NCBI GenBank assembly: GCA_040954595.2
Contig: CM082582.2
Coordinates: 5,936,303 to 6,000,302, forward strand
Length of the DNA stretch: 64,000 nt
Direction: 5' to 3'
Source of the DNA: Balanoglossus misakiensis
Lineage: Eukaryota; Animalia; Hemichordata
Shown: piece by piece, positions 43,569 to 58,166 of the stretch
How the letters are laid out: every line of letters begins with the position of its first letter
Position numbering within the stretch: the first letter of the stretch is position 1
Translations under genes and position numbers: made by a program
The notes under the pieces: generated by a model
The model's input: only the letters and a program-made list of their open reading frames with translations
The model's database searches: none
Told to the model about the DNA's origin: nothing

Positions 43569-46466
43569 GGTGATAAATAAGGATTGGCAATCTGTTGGGA
43601 TAAAAAATGCAGTAACAATATTTAACAGTCATGAAAAATCAGCCACTCCATGTATTTTATAACAACTGTCTGTTGGAAATGTTTAAGTACATGCCTGGTA
43701 CATGTTCTATATTAGGCTGGTAGAAATACTAGATAATATTCAGCATCTCTTGTTGATTTTATTTTAAAGTTTAATTTACAATTGTACATGAATGTTTAAA
43801 TATCGTGTTTCATTGATACTGAATACGAAAGAGATATGTTTACATAATGTTGTTTGTATACAAGTCCAAATGTTCTACTAACAGTACAGCAGTTGGACTG
43901 ATTTATAGTATGAGGGGTTGCTGCAGTCATTTTCTTGTAGTGTGTGTTTAAATAATATCAACATTGAATCTGCAGGACCAAACCCTGTCTTAGCTGAACT
44001 CTGACCCTCCGACTGGGTAGACAGGTTTCAGGTCTTTGCATTGTGTATAGAGAAGCTTTTTACATAAAACCTTTCCATCTCAATTTGGTTTGACCTATTG
44101 TTTGCCATATATGGTGATAGACCCATATATGGAAATAAGGCTGAATGGAATTGTCAGAGAAAGAAGACAGAAAGGCCTTAGGTGTACATGGTTCTACAAT
44201 AACATTATTCATTTTTTTAACTAGAGAAATGCATAACCATATTGTAGTTAAGTCTTTCCTTTGTTTGCATTTAAATTCCCTTGACCTATGTTAGTCTAGC
44301 CAGATATATAATTATTTGAATTTTTCAGACTCTGAAAATAAGATTTGTGCACAACTTGCAAACTTGGGACTGTGCATTTCTAGTATGTCTCCTTCAAAAC
44401 TTTCAGAAGGACGTAAAAATATCATAGGCAGATCTATGAAAGAACTGCGTTGCTTGCCAACAGTTGCTAACCAATCAAGAAAGTCAGGGGAGATCCATGC
44501 TAATGGGGTCCTGAAGTCCATATATGGTGATGAGGTATTGCAACAAGGTCGTATTACTAATAAGGTGTGCATTTTATAAGGGCAGATGTTTGGTTCAAAT
44601 AACGCCGAATTGGGAAATATGAGAATAACATCGCAATTACAACCTTTCCTATTATTTTTCCTCTAATGTTTGCTTTAATATCATATTTGTCAGTTGAAAT
44701 TATACACATTCCATGCACAGGGTCTCGCAGTCTCCAGGGACTTAAACATTCAGCCATCCAACGAAATACAAGCTACTATTATCTAGTACAACGACAACGA
44801 AATCAATCTGCTGATGCAAATAATTGTACGAGAATATTAATTGGATCTGGGGAGTATTTAATGATGATCAAGAGACATTACAGTGAAGCCCCCCAACTGA
44901 AGATGAAAAAGGCCATTCTGTACGGCCCAGCCTGTACGTGACACTTTTGAGCATATACTCATGGGAAATGGGAAGTTGATAAACAGAGACTGAGTCTTCT
45001 GAGGAACCTGACATCAAACCCTGGTGGCCATTGGCAAGCGGTAACCAATAAATCACACAGAGAGATTCTAAAGGCGATACTTATCTATTGCAATGAGACT
45101 TATGAACTAAACCCTCCCTCTCTTATTGGAATCTTACAGCTCATTGGCCAAGTCACTCTTGTTGGCCATAAATCAAATAACTGACCAGTGAAATGTTGGA
45201 GGTTTTCATTGGTGTTGAAGGAATAGAAGTGTCAACCACTCCAATCAATTTCACCTATAAAGTACCAGCTACCAGGTCACATAATAGATGGACACACCGC
45301 CAACCAATACCTCCTCAGTGGAGACAATAATATAGGAGTGGACCAACAAGAGTACTGTAACAGGACAGGAAAGTTTATACAAGGTGGCCTGAAGAAAATA
45401 GCTGAGAAATAGCTCAGAGTTTAGGGTTTCAATGAAAAGTGTCCTTGAAACATTACCTTGGTCTGCAGCTCAAGTTTATAGATACACGTAGCAACAGAGC
45501 TAGTACACTGTGTTGGGGTTAGTTATGTAGGTCAATCCAGGATGGACATTAAAAGTGGCAGTAACTCGCTACTTGAGAAGGTTAGCGGTAGCCAATGCAT
45601 CATTGCTTGCCAAATTCAATAAGCAGAATCTTGCTGTTTAGTGGCAACTTCTCACTTTATGCCAGATCATGAAAAGAATGCGGCATTCAATAACAATATA
45701 GAGATGAAACTAGTAGACTACTGCGCCTATATGGAAGGAAAGCCAGGGATATGGTAACTTACATGTCTGATGCTTTGGTAAATTTACATGCAGTGACAGA
45801 GCTGTGATCACCACCTCAGCAGGACTCTAAGACTTCAGACTATTATAAAAGAAATCGGACGCAGCCACGACTTCAATCTGGCATAATTGCACAGTGTGCA
45901 ATCATACTCTCTATGGTGCAATATGCTCAGCCAGTGTTTGAATACATCTATAGACAGAAGCATTATTTTTGGAGATGATGTCATGGCTGGCTGCACAGTT
46001 CATGGATGCCTTTTTCGAATGCCTGGGCATTTTGAGTGACCAGCTGAAGTGGACCCCCTGTAAATTTCTACCAGTGGTGCAACAGGTCTGATGCAATCTG
46101 TGGAAAAGTTTCACCAGCCGACACCCCCCACTGGGAACCCCTCCCTCTCATTTGTCAAATTGTCTCCAATCAATACACAACAAACTATATTGAAAATGGC
46201 CATCAAACCCAAATTTCCATAAATTAGCATAACACTACACATCCACTAACCCCTGAAATTTAATTAAATTCAGTGTAGACGGTCTTGATGAGCTGGCCTA
46301 CATTGCAATATTTCATTAAACATGACATATAGAAAAATAGGTGTGATTAATTTGTCTTTCATACCTAAATTTTTCCATAACTGGACTTAAGTACGATTTA
46401 TGTGTATTTGATAATGATCAAATTCAGTTTCAGGTAATAATGAATATGGTTCAATTGAAGTCATTC

Positions 46467-46511
46467 AATAAATAAATAAATAAATAAATTAATTAATTAA
46501 TAAATAAATAA
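46467..46511. repeat. (AATA/AATT)n simple repeat
   Basis: Direct reading. Confidence 0.85.
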
Positions 46512-49500
46512 GTTTAATTATTGTACTACACTATAAACTTCATAAGCACCAGTAATTGCAGTATGCCATAGTAATTTGTATGAACATTGTTATTTATAAG
46601 TTTTGGATCGACACGCCCTGCAACCCAGGAAAGCTATGTTGCTATAGATTGAAATTTACAGGACAGTCAGACAGACCATATCAAGGCCATACCTGGACAA
46701 AATTACAAACCTTTTAAATTAATTACTGATTGACATGTTTTACACCAGACGGCAATTGACATTGCAAAGTGGGTCTGTATTGGACCACACCCTATTGGCC
46801 CGGGCGACCAATGAAATCCACATATTGCAAGCTTGAAATTTACGGCCTTAGCAACAGAAGGACAGACTGTACCAGGGTCAAACATTACACAATTATTATG
46901 ATCGTGATCTTTTTTTTATTTCAGCCAATATTGTGGCCGGGGACTGGAACAGTCCAAAACACTAAATATTAATGAGCTGCACCCGTGGAAAGTTAATGGT
47001 ACACAGGGTGTCGGTGACAGGTCAGATGCCGAGAAAGGTTACCAGGGAGACACCAGGGGTACTATCATTTCTTATATGGTACTGGTATCTGGATTCAGTC
47101 CTATCAGCGACATTCAATATTAAAATGTAGGACATACGCATAAATGTTGCTTCTCCTCAACAAAATTACCAGCACCAACACAATTGATTGCTGCATTGTT
47201 CTTTTGTGCAGTGGGTTCTGCTAGAGAATAGGCATTTATATTAACATACATGTATCCTACCACTTCGGAATTTCGGTAACAACTAACATCAAAGAAAGTA
47301 AAAATCTAGCCAGCAGCCAGGTAATGATGAAAACCAAAGTCCCTAAAACATTCAAATATTAATTATATGGGCTCCTCATAAAAAAAACAACCAACAATAA
47401 CAAAAGAAGTCAGATTTGTTGTCTATTGCTAAACCAAGGTCAGAAATGTTACCTATTCAATTATACCTATTCATATGTAAATGAGCTACCCCTAGGTCAC
47501 CATGAAACCATATACAAGAAAACCTATTTGCATATAAAGGAAATTTTTTCTTTACCTTGGACTGTGTTCTCTTGGTAACAGTGGTATACAGCTTGTTCTT
47601 TGATACAATCTGGGATTGTCAACGTTTACTGATATGAAACTGACTCGAATTTGATTACTCAAAATTTAAAATGTTGTCATTGTTTACAAATTTGCATTTT
47701 ATTTTGTTATCCTCTCAGTCATTGTATGCAATGTATACACTAGGGACAAAATAAAATGGGCGGTGCAGGTGCTATCACAGTATCTGCTTTCTTGTTCACT
47801 TCTACTTTGGGAAAAGCGTAATATTCTTGGTAGAAAAATATAACACTTTCTTGAGATGATGAAAATAGTAGCCGGATGTTTTGATGGGTTACACCGGCTC
47901 TTCGTATCTCACAATGCATTGTTAATCCCAATGTCAAATGTAAACGGGTGACGACTGAGCAGTCCTCAAGATATAGCGATAGGGTTGACCTGTATATTAT
48001 CAAAGAGCACCTTGTATCATCGGATGGGTCACAGTGACCTGACAAAAAGATACACAGTAAAACGGAAAAGGTTTACACCGCCCGTCGACTATGTTGCATC
48101 GTCTTTTGGCGCAATACATATACCGTAACAGCTCTACTGTAATTTTCCACTTTTTTGTCTGTACATTTCAGAGCCACGGCAAGGGTGAATGTGGTGAAAT
48201 AAAACTCCGTTGGCAACGTACGTGCGAGTACAATGCAGCTTCGTGGATACTGTGAAGACTTTCCACTACGTCACGGATTCAGCAGCTGGTTGCCAACGAA
48301 AAAGGGCGGGCAACCTCAGACCAATTTCACATCACCAGTTGACCAAATTCGCAAAATCACATCGATTTCGAATGTTTGTATCATTTTGATGACGTTGAAT
48401 AAATAATACCTTATAAACTGACCCAAGAAAAGGAGAGACAAACGAGCATAATCTTTCGCCGGTTTTCAATTTCAACTACGTGCCGGCAGATTAACGATAG
48501 AGGTCAACCACAGATGTACGTAAAAACGTAGCGACGCAAACGGTCAATTTTTTTCTGAAAGGGTGATATTACTGACACAAAAATGTCTGAACTCTTACCT
48601 TATGCAAAGCTTCTGTCACAAATAAGCGTTGAAAAAAGTCGAAGGGTGTCTGTGATGCACGAAACGTATGAAAATAGCACTTTTCTTATCGCCGTATCCT
48701 TGCACAACCGTTTACGCCGTATATTTATTAGAGGTTCTTTTGTTGTCGATCTGTCAAAGCGTTCGTTTATCAACAAACGACGCAATCAGCTGGTCCTCTT
48801 CGAAAATGCATTATTCATGAACCGTACCATTTTATTTAGGTGGGTTAGGCATACTTTTCTTGTGCCAGAGAAAACATCACCGCCAGAATTGTTCTTTGTC
48901 AGTAAGTCTAAATTGGTAACATTGAATTTACACAATATTTCGAACTGAAAGTTGCCTAGAAGAATAATGAATCCCACACATCGAATTTGGACATGCGTCT
49001 CTTACCTATGTTACAATACTTTAAACCAAAACAATGGCACGTGATCATTGCGTGTCACTCGGAATGTTGACGGAAGAATGCGGGATTCCAAAAATAGCGG
49101 TACTATAATTATTGAAAATACATATTACTGTAGCTTCTTAGCCTAATGTATCCGACCCATATATTGATAACAGCGTGGGGTGTTAAAGATACTGAGTTAC
49201 TGTCTCAATATTTCATCGATAAAGGCAACATACATAATATCGTGACGTAATGGCTAATACTGTGACGTCATGAGGTCAGAAATGAATTTTTAATTAAAAT
49301 TCTGTATATTCTGAATAGCCATTCATGTAAACAGTTTAACTTCAACTTCGATCAGAAATACCGTGTTAATACATGCATGTTTTTCCTGTAAAAGTATTTG
49401 GAACGGCGTTGTGGTAACATGTTTTGTATGCAAATTAGGGATGACCCCCAAAACTGGTTCAGGTCAGAATTGCAATACAATGAAATGAACGTATACGTAT

Positions 49501-50883
49501 ATATACGCTGATACCAATCATCATAATACTGTAGTAGTCTAATTACATATATTCGTTCCAGTGAATCGCCTGATCACACCTTCACTACATAGTCATAGCA
49601 CACAAATTTTTAGCCATAGTAGGGCTAGAGTGTCTGACTGTGGCTCTGCAAATTAATTTCCTGGCACAAATAAATTTGTACGCCCAACTTGACCGAAAAC
49701 TTGACCCATTGATCCCAATTTACATAGGGAAACAGCTTGGAATATTCATACACTGGCAAATGTAGCAGACATTCTTGCAGTCTGTTTATCAAAACAAAGG
49801 CGACAGGTTTTTTTTTAAAGAAATAAACTTATATTCCCTTTATCACGCCCTGAAAAAGAGATTATTGTACCAAGCTAGAGTATTTCCTTGCAGAACAATT
49901 TGCAGCCGCTGAATTTTACGAAACAGCTGCATACATTACACCAGTTACATTACAATAGCATCAAAGCTCATCCCATTCATAGAGGTTTAAACTACCATTA
50001 GTGAACCAAACTGCTGTTGGCTTACATGAAAGACACTAAAATGGTTTATTATAAAATTACTTTATTATTTAAATTTATTTTCAAATACACATACAGAATC
50101 CAAATATCGAAATCACAACATCAACAATAATTACTAGCAAGATATTCTTCAAATCATCACTTTAAAAGACTGGTCATTTAAATATTTAGGGGTTATTACA
50201 TGTACATTTATTACAGTAATATACACCTGGAAACTTAAGGCAGATTTCTTGATATTTAAACATGATTGCACAGTAAAATGTCTTGTGTGTGTAAGAGAGC
50301 GACTGAAGTAAACTTTCCTGAGAAAATTCCACACATGAAGTCAAAAGCAAACGTTGTATACCAAACATACAAGTAATACATACAACATGTAATACCGTAA
50401 TAAGATAGGTTATGACATACTAGTATAGTATATTAGTACAGTCCATGTCAAACATACTGGCAATGTTTCTCATAAGGCTGTTTATCAGGTAACATTAACA
50501 TTATCTATACCAAATATACAGGTAAAATGGATTTAAAATTTACATGTGTCGAAAATTTTAACAATCATTTACAAAATATCTGTAGTATTCCACTGTTGTT
50601 TAATCTTGTATCAACCAAGCACACATCGGCAATCACTATTTGAGTTGGAATCTTTATGTACTTTAATAATGCCATTGCACTTTTCCATGTTAAAAATAAT
50701 CAACTGCAATCGATAAATATATTGTTCTCTTCCAAAAAAATAAATAAAACTTACATCAGATGGAAAGCTATGGTTTCTTAATGTATTTGAAAGTTCATTG
50801 CATAAATTAAAATTTCATATTGCCACGAGCATAGTCAATCAATTACTGAAATTTCAGACTTGGTCACAACACTTTTTCCACAG

Positions 50884-51125
50884 TATACAGTCCTCACAGC
50901 AGGCCCTGTAAAAGCAATGTGCCCTCTTTGCCGACACAAACCTGTACAACAGGATAAAGTCAGGGCCTGCACAGGGGCTGTCACAGGGATATTTTTTGTC
51001 ATTTGCTCGTCTCCTTGCATTACCGTCTGCCTAACTCCACATTCATCGTGGGTCTGATTCCTACCTGCCTAACTCCACATCACATCGTCCACCAAATTGC
51101 AGCAGTCATCGTCTGTGTCCACCTA
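50884..51125 (+). pseudogene. Possible decayed LITAF/SIMPLE-like domain fragment
   Basis: After acceptor TTTTTCCACAG: ...GPVKAMCPLCRH...TGAVTGIFFVIC, then in a shifted frame FIVGLIPTCLTPHHIVH. Resembles LITAF PVxxxCPxC...GALTW...LIPFC..DVxH but lacks the second CxxC. Confidence 0.4.
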
Positions 51126-51430
51126 ACTCTACATACCCCCCCCCCCCTCCTTCCTGATAACTGTTCAACGTGTCCTGAGTTTATAATTTTGAACTTCAAT
51201 TAACAACTGGATTGGACTTGCTCACTTTGCTTCTCATCCATTGCTTTCTCTTTCATCTTCCTCCAATTCCTCTTTCCTTCACTCTCTCCAAAATTGCATT
51301 CACTTCCTCTTATGCATCACTTGCCAAACACATGGCCTGATTAAATACATAATCTTCCTGTCTCGGTGAAATGAAGAAAGACATACATTCAAGTCTTTGT
51401 TAATGTGGATATACCAGTAGTCTGTTCGTG

Positions 51431-54400
51431 TCACCGCTTCTCTCTCAGATCACTCAACATTATTTCCTCCGAATCCCCCTCCTCCTCTTCCTCCGGAATA
51501 TCCCCATTCAGACGATGATACAACGTCGTCGGTCTGGAGCTGCAGGTACACGTGCATCTGCAGCAGATCAGGAAGAAGTTGCACACCAGACTGACCAACA
51601 GCAGCCCGCCGCAAGCGCAGAAGCTGATGAAGTAGTAGTTTTCTTCCAGAGGAATAGGCGGGGTTAAGTGTCTCTTCGATATGATGCTGTTTGCAATGCA
51701 TTTGGAAGCTGTAAATAAACAAAACAGGAGAATATAGTTCTGGTTAGATCTGGACGTAAATGTAATCGTGTTCTCGACGCTGGAGTCCGTAAAATAATCA
51801 CAATTATCATCAATGATGGAAACATGGGCTGGACATCCCTCACCCTACTTTATGTGTCAGTCAACTGGCTACGTTCAGTAAATTCCTGAAATCCTGCTAC
51901 TGTTTAGAAACTACTATTTACATCCAACAGCAATAATCTCTGTTTTTCCACTTCGCCACTATGTTTGGTAAGAAGTATTAGTCTTTTAGAGACCAAGGAT
52001 GAACAAAAGTGTATCATATACCATTAAAAAACTCAATCATTTGGTTCCTCACAGGTCCCTCATTTACTGGTAACTCAATACTTGAAACTCACCTTGGAAA
52101 AGACCACTGTCCAAGGTCTCCAGCAACGAAATATTACAGCTGCCACTGATTGGATGACAGGTGCAAGACGTGTCACTGCACTGACAGGGATACAGACACT
52201 TGTCACCATAGTAACCATATGGGCATACTGAAATGGATAAAACAGTAACCAATATTACAAAGCTAAGAATCATTGGGGTTGTACTATCTCTAATGTGATC
52301 AAATTATCAACTAACCTCTGTCACATAGGTACCCGGTGTACCCTGGTTCACACGCACAACTTCCTGAGGCTGGGTCACAGATTCCATAGTCACACTGGCA
52401 ATGACGTTGACACTGGACTCCGTATGTACCTGGCAAACATCTGTGTTGGCAGTCTGTACCGTTCCACCCAGGATCGCACACACAACCATCTGCATGCAAG
52501 ACACAAACACAAAATGCCAATGATAATCATGCAAATTTGTAAATCCTGTTGGAAGTGAGCTCAGTGTAACACAGTAAAACCTGTTTAAACCGAACACCAA
52601 AGGGACTGAAGAAATTATTCAGTTTACAGACGTTTCTGATTTGTAGAGGGTCTTTCAACACGTAGTTCTATGTCAAAGGGACAGGAAAATGTATTCATAA
52701 TAAACAGTTTTCCAGATTAGACAGGATTCGGTTAAGACAGGTTTTAGACAGGAAAATAAAGAAGGGTCAACACCCACCTTCTGTGCAGTGACCATTGCCA
52801 CTGCAATTGGACGAACTGCAATGTAAAACGTCACATCTTGGACCAATCCAGTGTCCGTGGCAACTACACGTTCCTAAGATGCAGTCTCCATGGTTACTGC
52901 AATCGACAGGGTCGCATTCAGGTTCGTGGACGCAGAGCACTGTGGACACGGGCCGGTCACATCGAAACATATCACTGCCTGGACTGGAAGTTACAAACAA
53001 ATGGAAAATGCACTGTTACAAAATACTATGATATATTTACAAAGACGGAAGACTTTCCCAGTATCAGGGGAGTGGGAATGAGGGAGGGGGAACATACATC
53101 AAAGTTTCATTGAAAAAGTGCTGCAATAAAAATGGCTAGTAAAACAGGCAGAAGCTTGTACCAGCTATTGGCCTTTGTATACTACATATATATATCATTC
53201 ATAGTATAAAACTTCACTGGATTTATTGCTTTCAATGTTTCTAAGGCACTGGCTTATAACTGCTTGGCAACAAAAAATGCACTTTTAAAAAGTCATATTT
53301 ACCATGTATCCGTAGGGTAGTTGACCGTGGTCCCATTAACAACAAATGTAGTGGAACCCCCACCATCCAAGTTTATTGCATTCACTATTCCTATCCTGAG
53401 AAGGAAGTCAGCTAACTCAGGCAAGTTTGTCCTGGAAATGAAAATGTAAAGAAAAATAAGCATGTAAATTTTATAAGAGGAACTTGAAATGATATTGCAA
53501 TATATAACTTTATTGGGTAGACAATGAAATACAGCATCTTGTTCCACATCAGAACATTTTGAAATGACCACAATTTAACCCTTTCACACCCAGTTCCCTC
53601 TATCGAGGTCCAACATTACCATAGAAAACAATGGGTTTGGACTGGACCATTGTGATGAAAGGGTTAATTTTTGTGTCAACTCACCCCTTCTCCCAGGTTT
53701 TGCCATCGATCTGGATGAGCACAACTCTGCCAGTCCAATCATGACCCACAGCCGTCCGCGCCGAGACCACTCGGAAAAACTCATCAACAGTTCCTGTAGG
53801 AGCGACGAGGAAAGATGAAGAATACGGTAGGCCACTTTCACGACCCCTGGGTGACCTTTACATCCTGGTCTTTTGTTGGTATGACATCATCTAAATCAGT
53901 CACCCTTACAAGCAATTTTCAATCTTTTGTAACAGACAATATTTATTGTCTTTTCAATTTTTTGCTTTAGGATGAATTCGAGTGCATAAACACAATTGTA
54001 CGAAAGGTTATTCTGGAGTTTAAACTCAAAATGGTAAACTCATACGTTTACCAAGAAAATGCCAGGATGTAGAGGTCACATGGGGGTCATGAAAGCGCCA
54101 GTATGATTCAACACAAAAGGACACAGGCCTCTGATAGTGGTCCACTCTTCCAATGCAAATTATTCGAAGTTAACACAATGATAGCCTTTATACCTGTCTC
54201 CTCCGTATCACCACACTCAATTTCTCGACTCTTTTCCAGATAATTCTCTCCATTTCTAATAATCCATCCGACACCACCAACCAACTGTACAAACGGGTTG
54301 TCTTCGCTGTATAAATCTGCTTCTGATAAATAACTGCAACAGATATTACAACATGAGTTCAAAACGTGTGGAAATGGGTGCAAATTTCTTCCAAACTTCA

Positions 54401-56356
54401 TAAAATGTTGGCCAGAAATGAACTTCCTCAGCTAACAAATCCTAAAGGGCAAAAACAGCCATTACCAATGTAACATTTTCAAGAATTTAAAATAAAATTA
54501 ATAATTAAAAAAAATGAACCTGCTACAACTTTTTTACTTTATCTCTACAGGCTTAAACCAAGTTATAAAAGTTTCAACAGAGAATGAGTATATATATGTC
54601 TTAATTAAAATTCATTGAATTGCACTCACCCAAAGAACAAAGTGCCATCCTTCCTTATTCCAAAATGAGCATTTTGTATTCCTCTGTTATCCAAAACCAC
54701 CCGGCCGTCACTGACAATATTTCCAAGGCACGCTCCCGTGTGGGTGTTGAAAAAACCAGCGTTCATAGCGGCGAGGCAATTCTTCTGCTCGGCGGTCTCT
54801 TCCACCGTTGCGCGGAGATTTCCACCGCACCCGCCGACGTCCTTCGGTTCTAAGACGGACAACGTCCTCACGGGGTTGTTCACGTAGGTGATGTGTCCGT
54901 ACACCAGTTTGGACAACCGTTCCGTGACGTCCCATCGGTTTATGAAACGTTTCGTTTCCACCAGGGGCAGGTGGACGTCCGGTGGCGCGTAGGCTGGGAA
55001 ACGTTCGTGAGTGACGTTGCCGTTTAGGACTCCCTGACAGTCCCTCGTAACTCGGTGCGAATGCCTCGGGCCGTGGTGTCTGCCTGCGTAGGGTGTCAGC
55101 ACATCGTCCTCGAATAGGCTGGAATCGGAAAGGACAAACACATCACTTCATTGAACTCTTTGGGGGTCGACAGGTGGGCGTTTACTCTTGTATTTTCTGT
55201 AGTTTTACACTTCCGAGGAATGTATCAAACTTTCTGTGGAATGCAGGAGGTTCCAAAAGGAACCAGAATAATGGAATATTGTTTTAAGAGGAAAGTATTG
55301 TAATAACTAACAGCCAATAACCTGTCTTCTGAATATATAAATCAGGGAAAATGATGTAATACAAAGCATATCTTGCCGAAATTGACAGTGGACAAAAGGC
55401 TAAAAGTATAAAAAGTTAATGCACTCTTCCAATTGAAAAATTTGTACTCAAAAAATACTCTGTTGTAAAATAGCTTAGTAATCTTGGACAATGGCTATAA
55501 TTGCATAATAGCCACCGACTATCCTGAGTTACAGTAATAAACTATATAAGCATAATATATTGCTTAACAGTTCCAAACAGCTATTTTGGTAATTCAGCAA
55601 TCCGGCACACGTGACATTTTTGAAACCTGGAAATGCAACGAGACATACTATAAAATAAAAAATATAAATTACCTCCCCTCTATAAATAACTGCAATTTAA
55701 CTATGATGGTACATTAGCTATATACCTCCACTCCACAACCGACCATAATTTGGCAACATATAAGTTTACAGTAGATGTAATAGAACCACCCAGAAAATGT
55801 TTGAAACTAAAGTGTACAGTAGGTTAAGTTCGCAACTGTTCATGTAGGCGCTGTCCGTCTTCAAAGACTGTGAATGTGCATTTGTGGGACATCCATATGG
55901 TCCATTTTTAACAGCTCTGTATTCAGGAGTGTATTGACCGATATTGAGAATCGTACAAAGCTGTAACTTCACATGCTTTGCTACTGTAGGACGTGTTCGG
56001 AAACAGAACCGCTGTTTAACGGTGTAATACACCGTGCCAGTTTACTTGTACCGGGGTACTAGCCACTGTGACTTAAGGTTACTATGATCACCTGATGGAG
56101 ATAAGTTTTGCCAGTTGAGAGATAGCGTAACAGTCAGGTGAGTGGGCGGACGTCTGCCCTCGGCGTCGCCAGACAGACGTTCACTGTTCCTGAAGTCGCA
56201 GAAAAGAAAACCCCTAATTTCTAAACAGATACTTCACACTCACCTCCGATAGACTCCCGGGCCGAGGTCTGACGCGTTGAGTAACACCGAGAGATTGAAA
56301 AGCACTGCCAAAATCCCCGTTTGATGACAACACCCAGTCCCACCAGTATACGCCAT
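51431..56356 (-). CDS. NAGPA: N-acetylglucosamine-1-phosphodiester alpha-N-acetylglucosaminidase (uncovering enzyme)
   Basis: Exons 56244-56356, 54630-55118, 54194-54333, 53685-53793, 53303-53431, 52778-52983, 52316-52489, 52093-52227, 51431-51708. Furin-like RVTR/DC; motifs NPVRTLSVLEP, NAGFFN, CLGNIVSDG, IQNAHFGIRKDGTLFFGYLSE, SARTAVGHD, NAINLDGGGSTT; EGF-like repeats, TM helix and cytosolic YHRL. Confidence 0.95.
52571..52750 (+). mobile_element. Tc1/pogo-like MITE copy in a NAGPA intron
   Basis: ACAGTAAAACCTGTTTAAACCGAAC...TTCGGTTAAGACAGGTTTTA (inverted ends); homologous to 24090-24260. Confidence 0.65.
53575..53667. mobile_element. TTAA-CCCTTTCA MITE copy
   Basis: TTAACCCTTTCACACCCAGTTCCCTC...GTGATGAAAGGGTTAA. 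Confidence 0.8.
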
Positions 56357-56394
56357 GTTACCTGTCCATACGCGGAAGTGCTCTTCTGCTACAC

Positions 56395-56447
56395 TTTGAA
56401 TCTGATTATGATTCTGAATTTGAATTTGATTCTGATTCTGATTCTAA
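56395..56447. repeat. Degenerate (GATTCT)n hexamer repeat just upstream of the NAGPA ATG
   Basis: TTGAATCTGATTATGATTCTGAATTTGAATTTGATTCTGATTCTGATTCT. Confidence 0.7.
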
Positions 56448-58166
56448 TGCTAACTCTTTCGTCACATATTTTCTGATGTGTCGTTGAGGGCGCATTGACA
56501 CTGGTTCTGGCACATAATCGTAACATCGGGCACATATGTATATACATGTTCCAGTAGTAGTTCTGACATCTTTGGTTGTCATCGCTAATAAACTTGGGCA
56601 GTTTGGTTTTTAATAACACACCCATTTACCCAGCCGGTCGTTGCAAGAATACTCAACTTTCGTGGCATGCGCACAAGGGTGTTGGAACCTTCAAAATATT
56701 GGCTTCTGTCGGCTCAGGATAAGGAGAAGATTGAAATATTGTTAAAAAATATTTCGATCTTCCGATAATATCGGTTAAAAAATGTACCAAATGTGAATGA
56801 GGTCAAATAAAATAAATATCAACATAAAGTAGGCGTGGTAACTGTCACTTTCATTATTGTTTTTCCACTAGTCGTCTTGTAGGCCTATATTATGGTTTAT
56901 TTTTAAAGCAAAATTTTATTACCGCGGATTTGCGGAATGTTGCATTCTTTATTTCCTATGCATAAGCTTATTATTTTTAACTTATTTATATTAAGATATT
57001 TTAACTGCACACGAGAAATACAATGAAATGGCCCAATAAACAGTGTTTATAGATGGCAATCTGCTCCGCATAAAGGGGAATTCCAGGAACAGTATATTTG
57101 AATACCTGGTGTGGGGAATATCAATGAAGTAGTGTGTGTCCCGAATTAATAATGGCTGTGTCTCAAAAAGGCAATCTACTCTAAAATATTGATACCATGC
57201 ACCCAATCACCCAACGACCAACCACCCTTTCAGTTCAGTACAGTATTAGCTGACTGACAAAATGGCGGACAAAGGATTTTGGCACTCATCACATATGTAA
57301 CCTATGAAGGACATAAGACAAGAACCCCCACAAACCTACAGATTAATGTTACTTGTTAATAAAAAAAAATATTTGGTAGATGGCGTGTACATTTCAAAGA
57401 CAGAAACTACTGAAATGACAGTGAATGTTTATTTGAAGAAATCTGAATCAGGTCATCTGCAGAAAGGCAAATATTCTCAAAATATAAAATAATACTGATT
57501 ATGTCCAGTTTTGAGCAAAAAGTGACTGACGTCATCCCAATGCATCCATTCCCTGTGTTTTATTGAAGATGAAGACTTTTTGGTTGAAATTTTGATAAAA
57601 GGCCGCAAAATACAAAATTTTAGATTTCGCCATAATTTGGATTATGAGTACGGTCGTTCGAATACTGCACTTCATTTGATAAAACTTGCCACGTCCATTT
57701 GAATCCACAGAGAATCCCACGTAGTGCGAGACATCCGCGAGTGTCATGGCATTTAACTGTAGGCCTACAGTTTATTTGTAGATGCCGATTCCTTGTCTAC
57801 CTGCATGTTTACCTCGTGGACGCTTTTCTGTCACACGAAATAAAGTTATTTCCAGTGTGCAAAATGTCGAGCCACCTATCTATAGAAAAGAACATAAAGT
57901 CACTGTGATAAACCACGTGACCACCAGTCTTTGCAAACACCATAAAGGTGCGCGTTTAAGAACATATCCACCATTTCATCGTGGAAACCTTATTGACAAA
58001 GGAGTATAAGGACAGGTGAGTATTCTATCATTTCAGTAAAAAAGCCACAATGTTTGAATTACTAATGAAATTATTGTAACAAATGGGATGAAGACCAACA
58101 ACTATCACCTGTCATTGATAGCCTCGCCGTGAAACGTTAACTGTTTCGAATGTTTAAAGCCCACAG

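Noticed and set aside
44312-48977. Short ORFs upstream of the TP53INP CDS (e.g. 44316-44579, 48583-48948)
   Set aside because: No recognisable domains or consistent exon chains; probably the long first intron and promoter.
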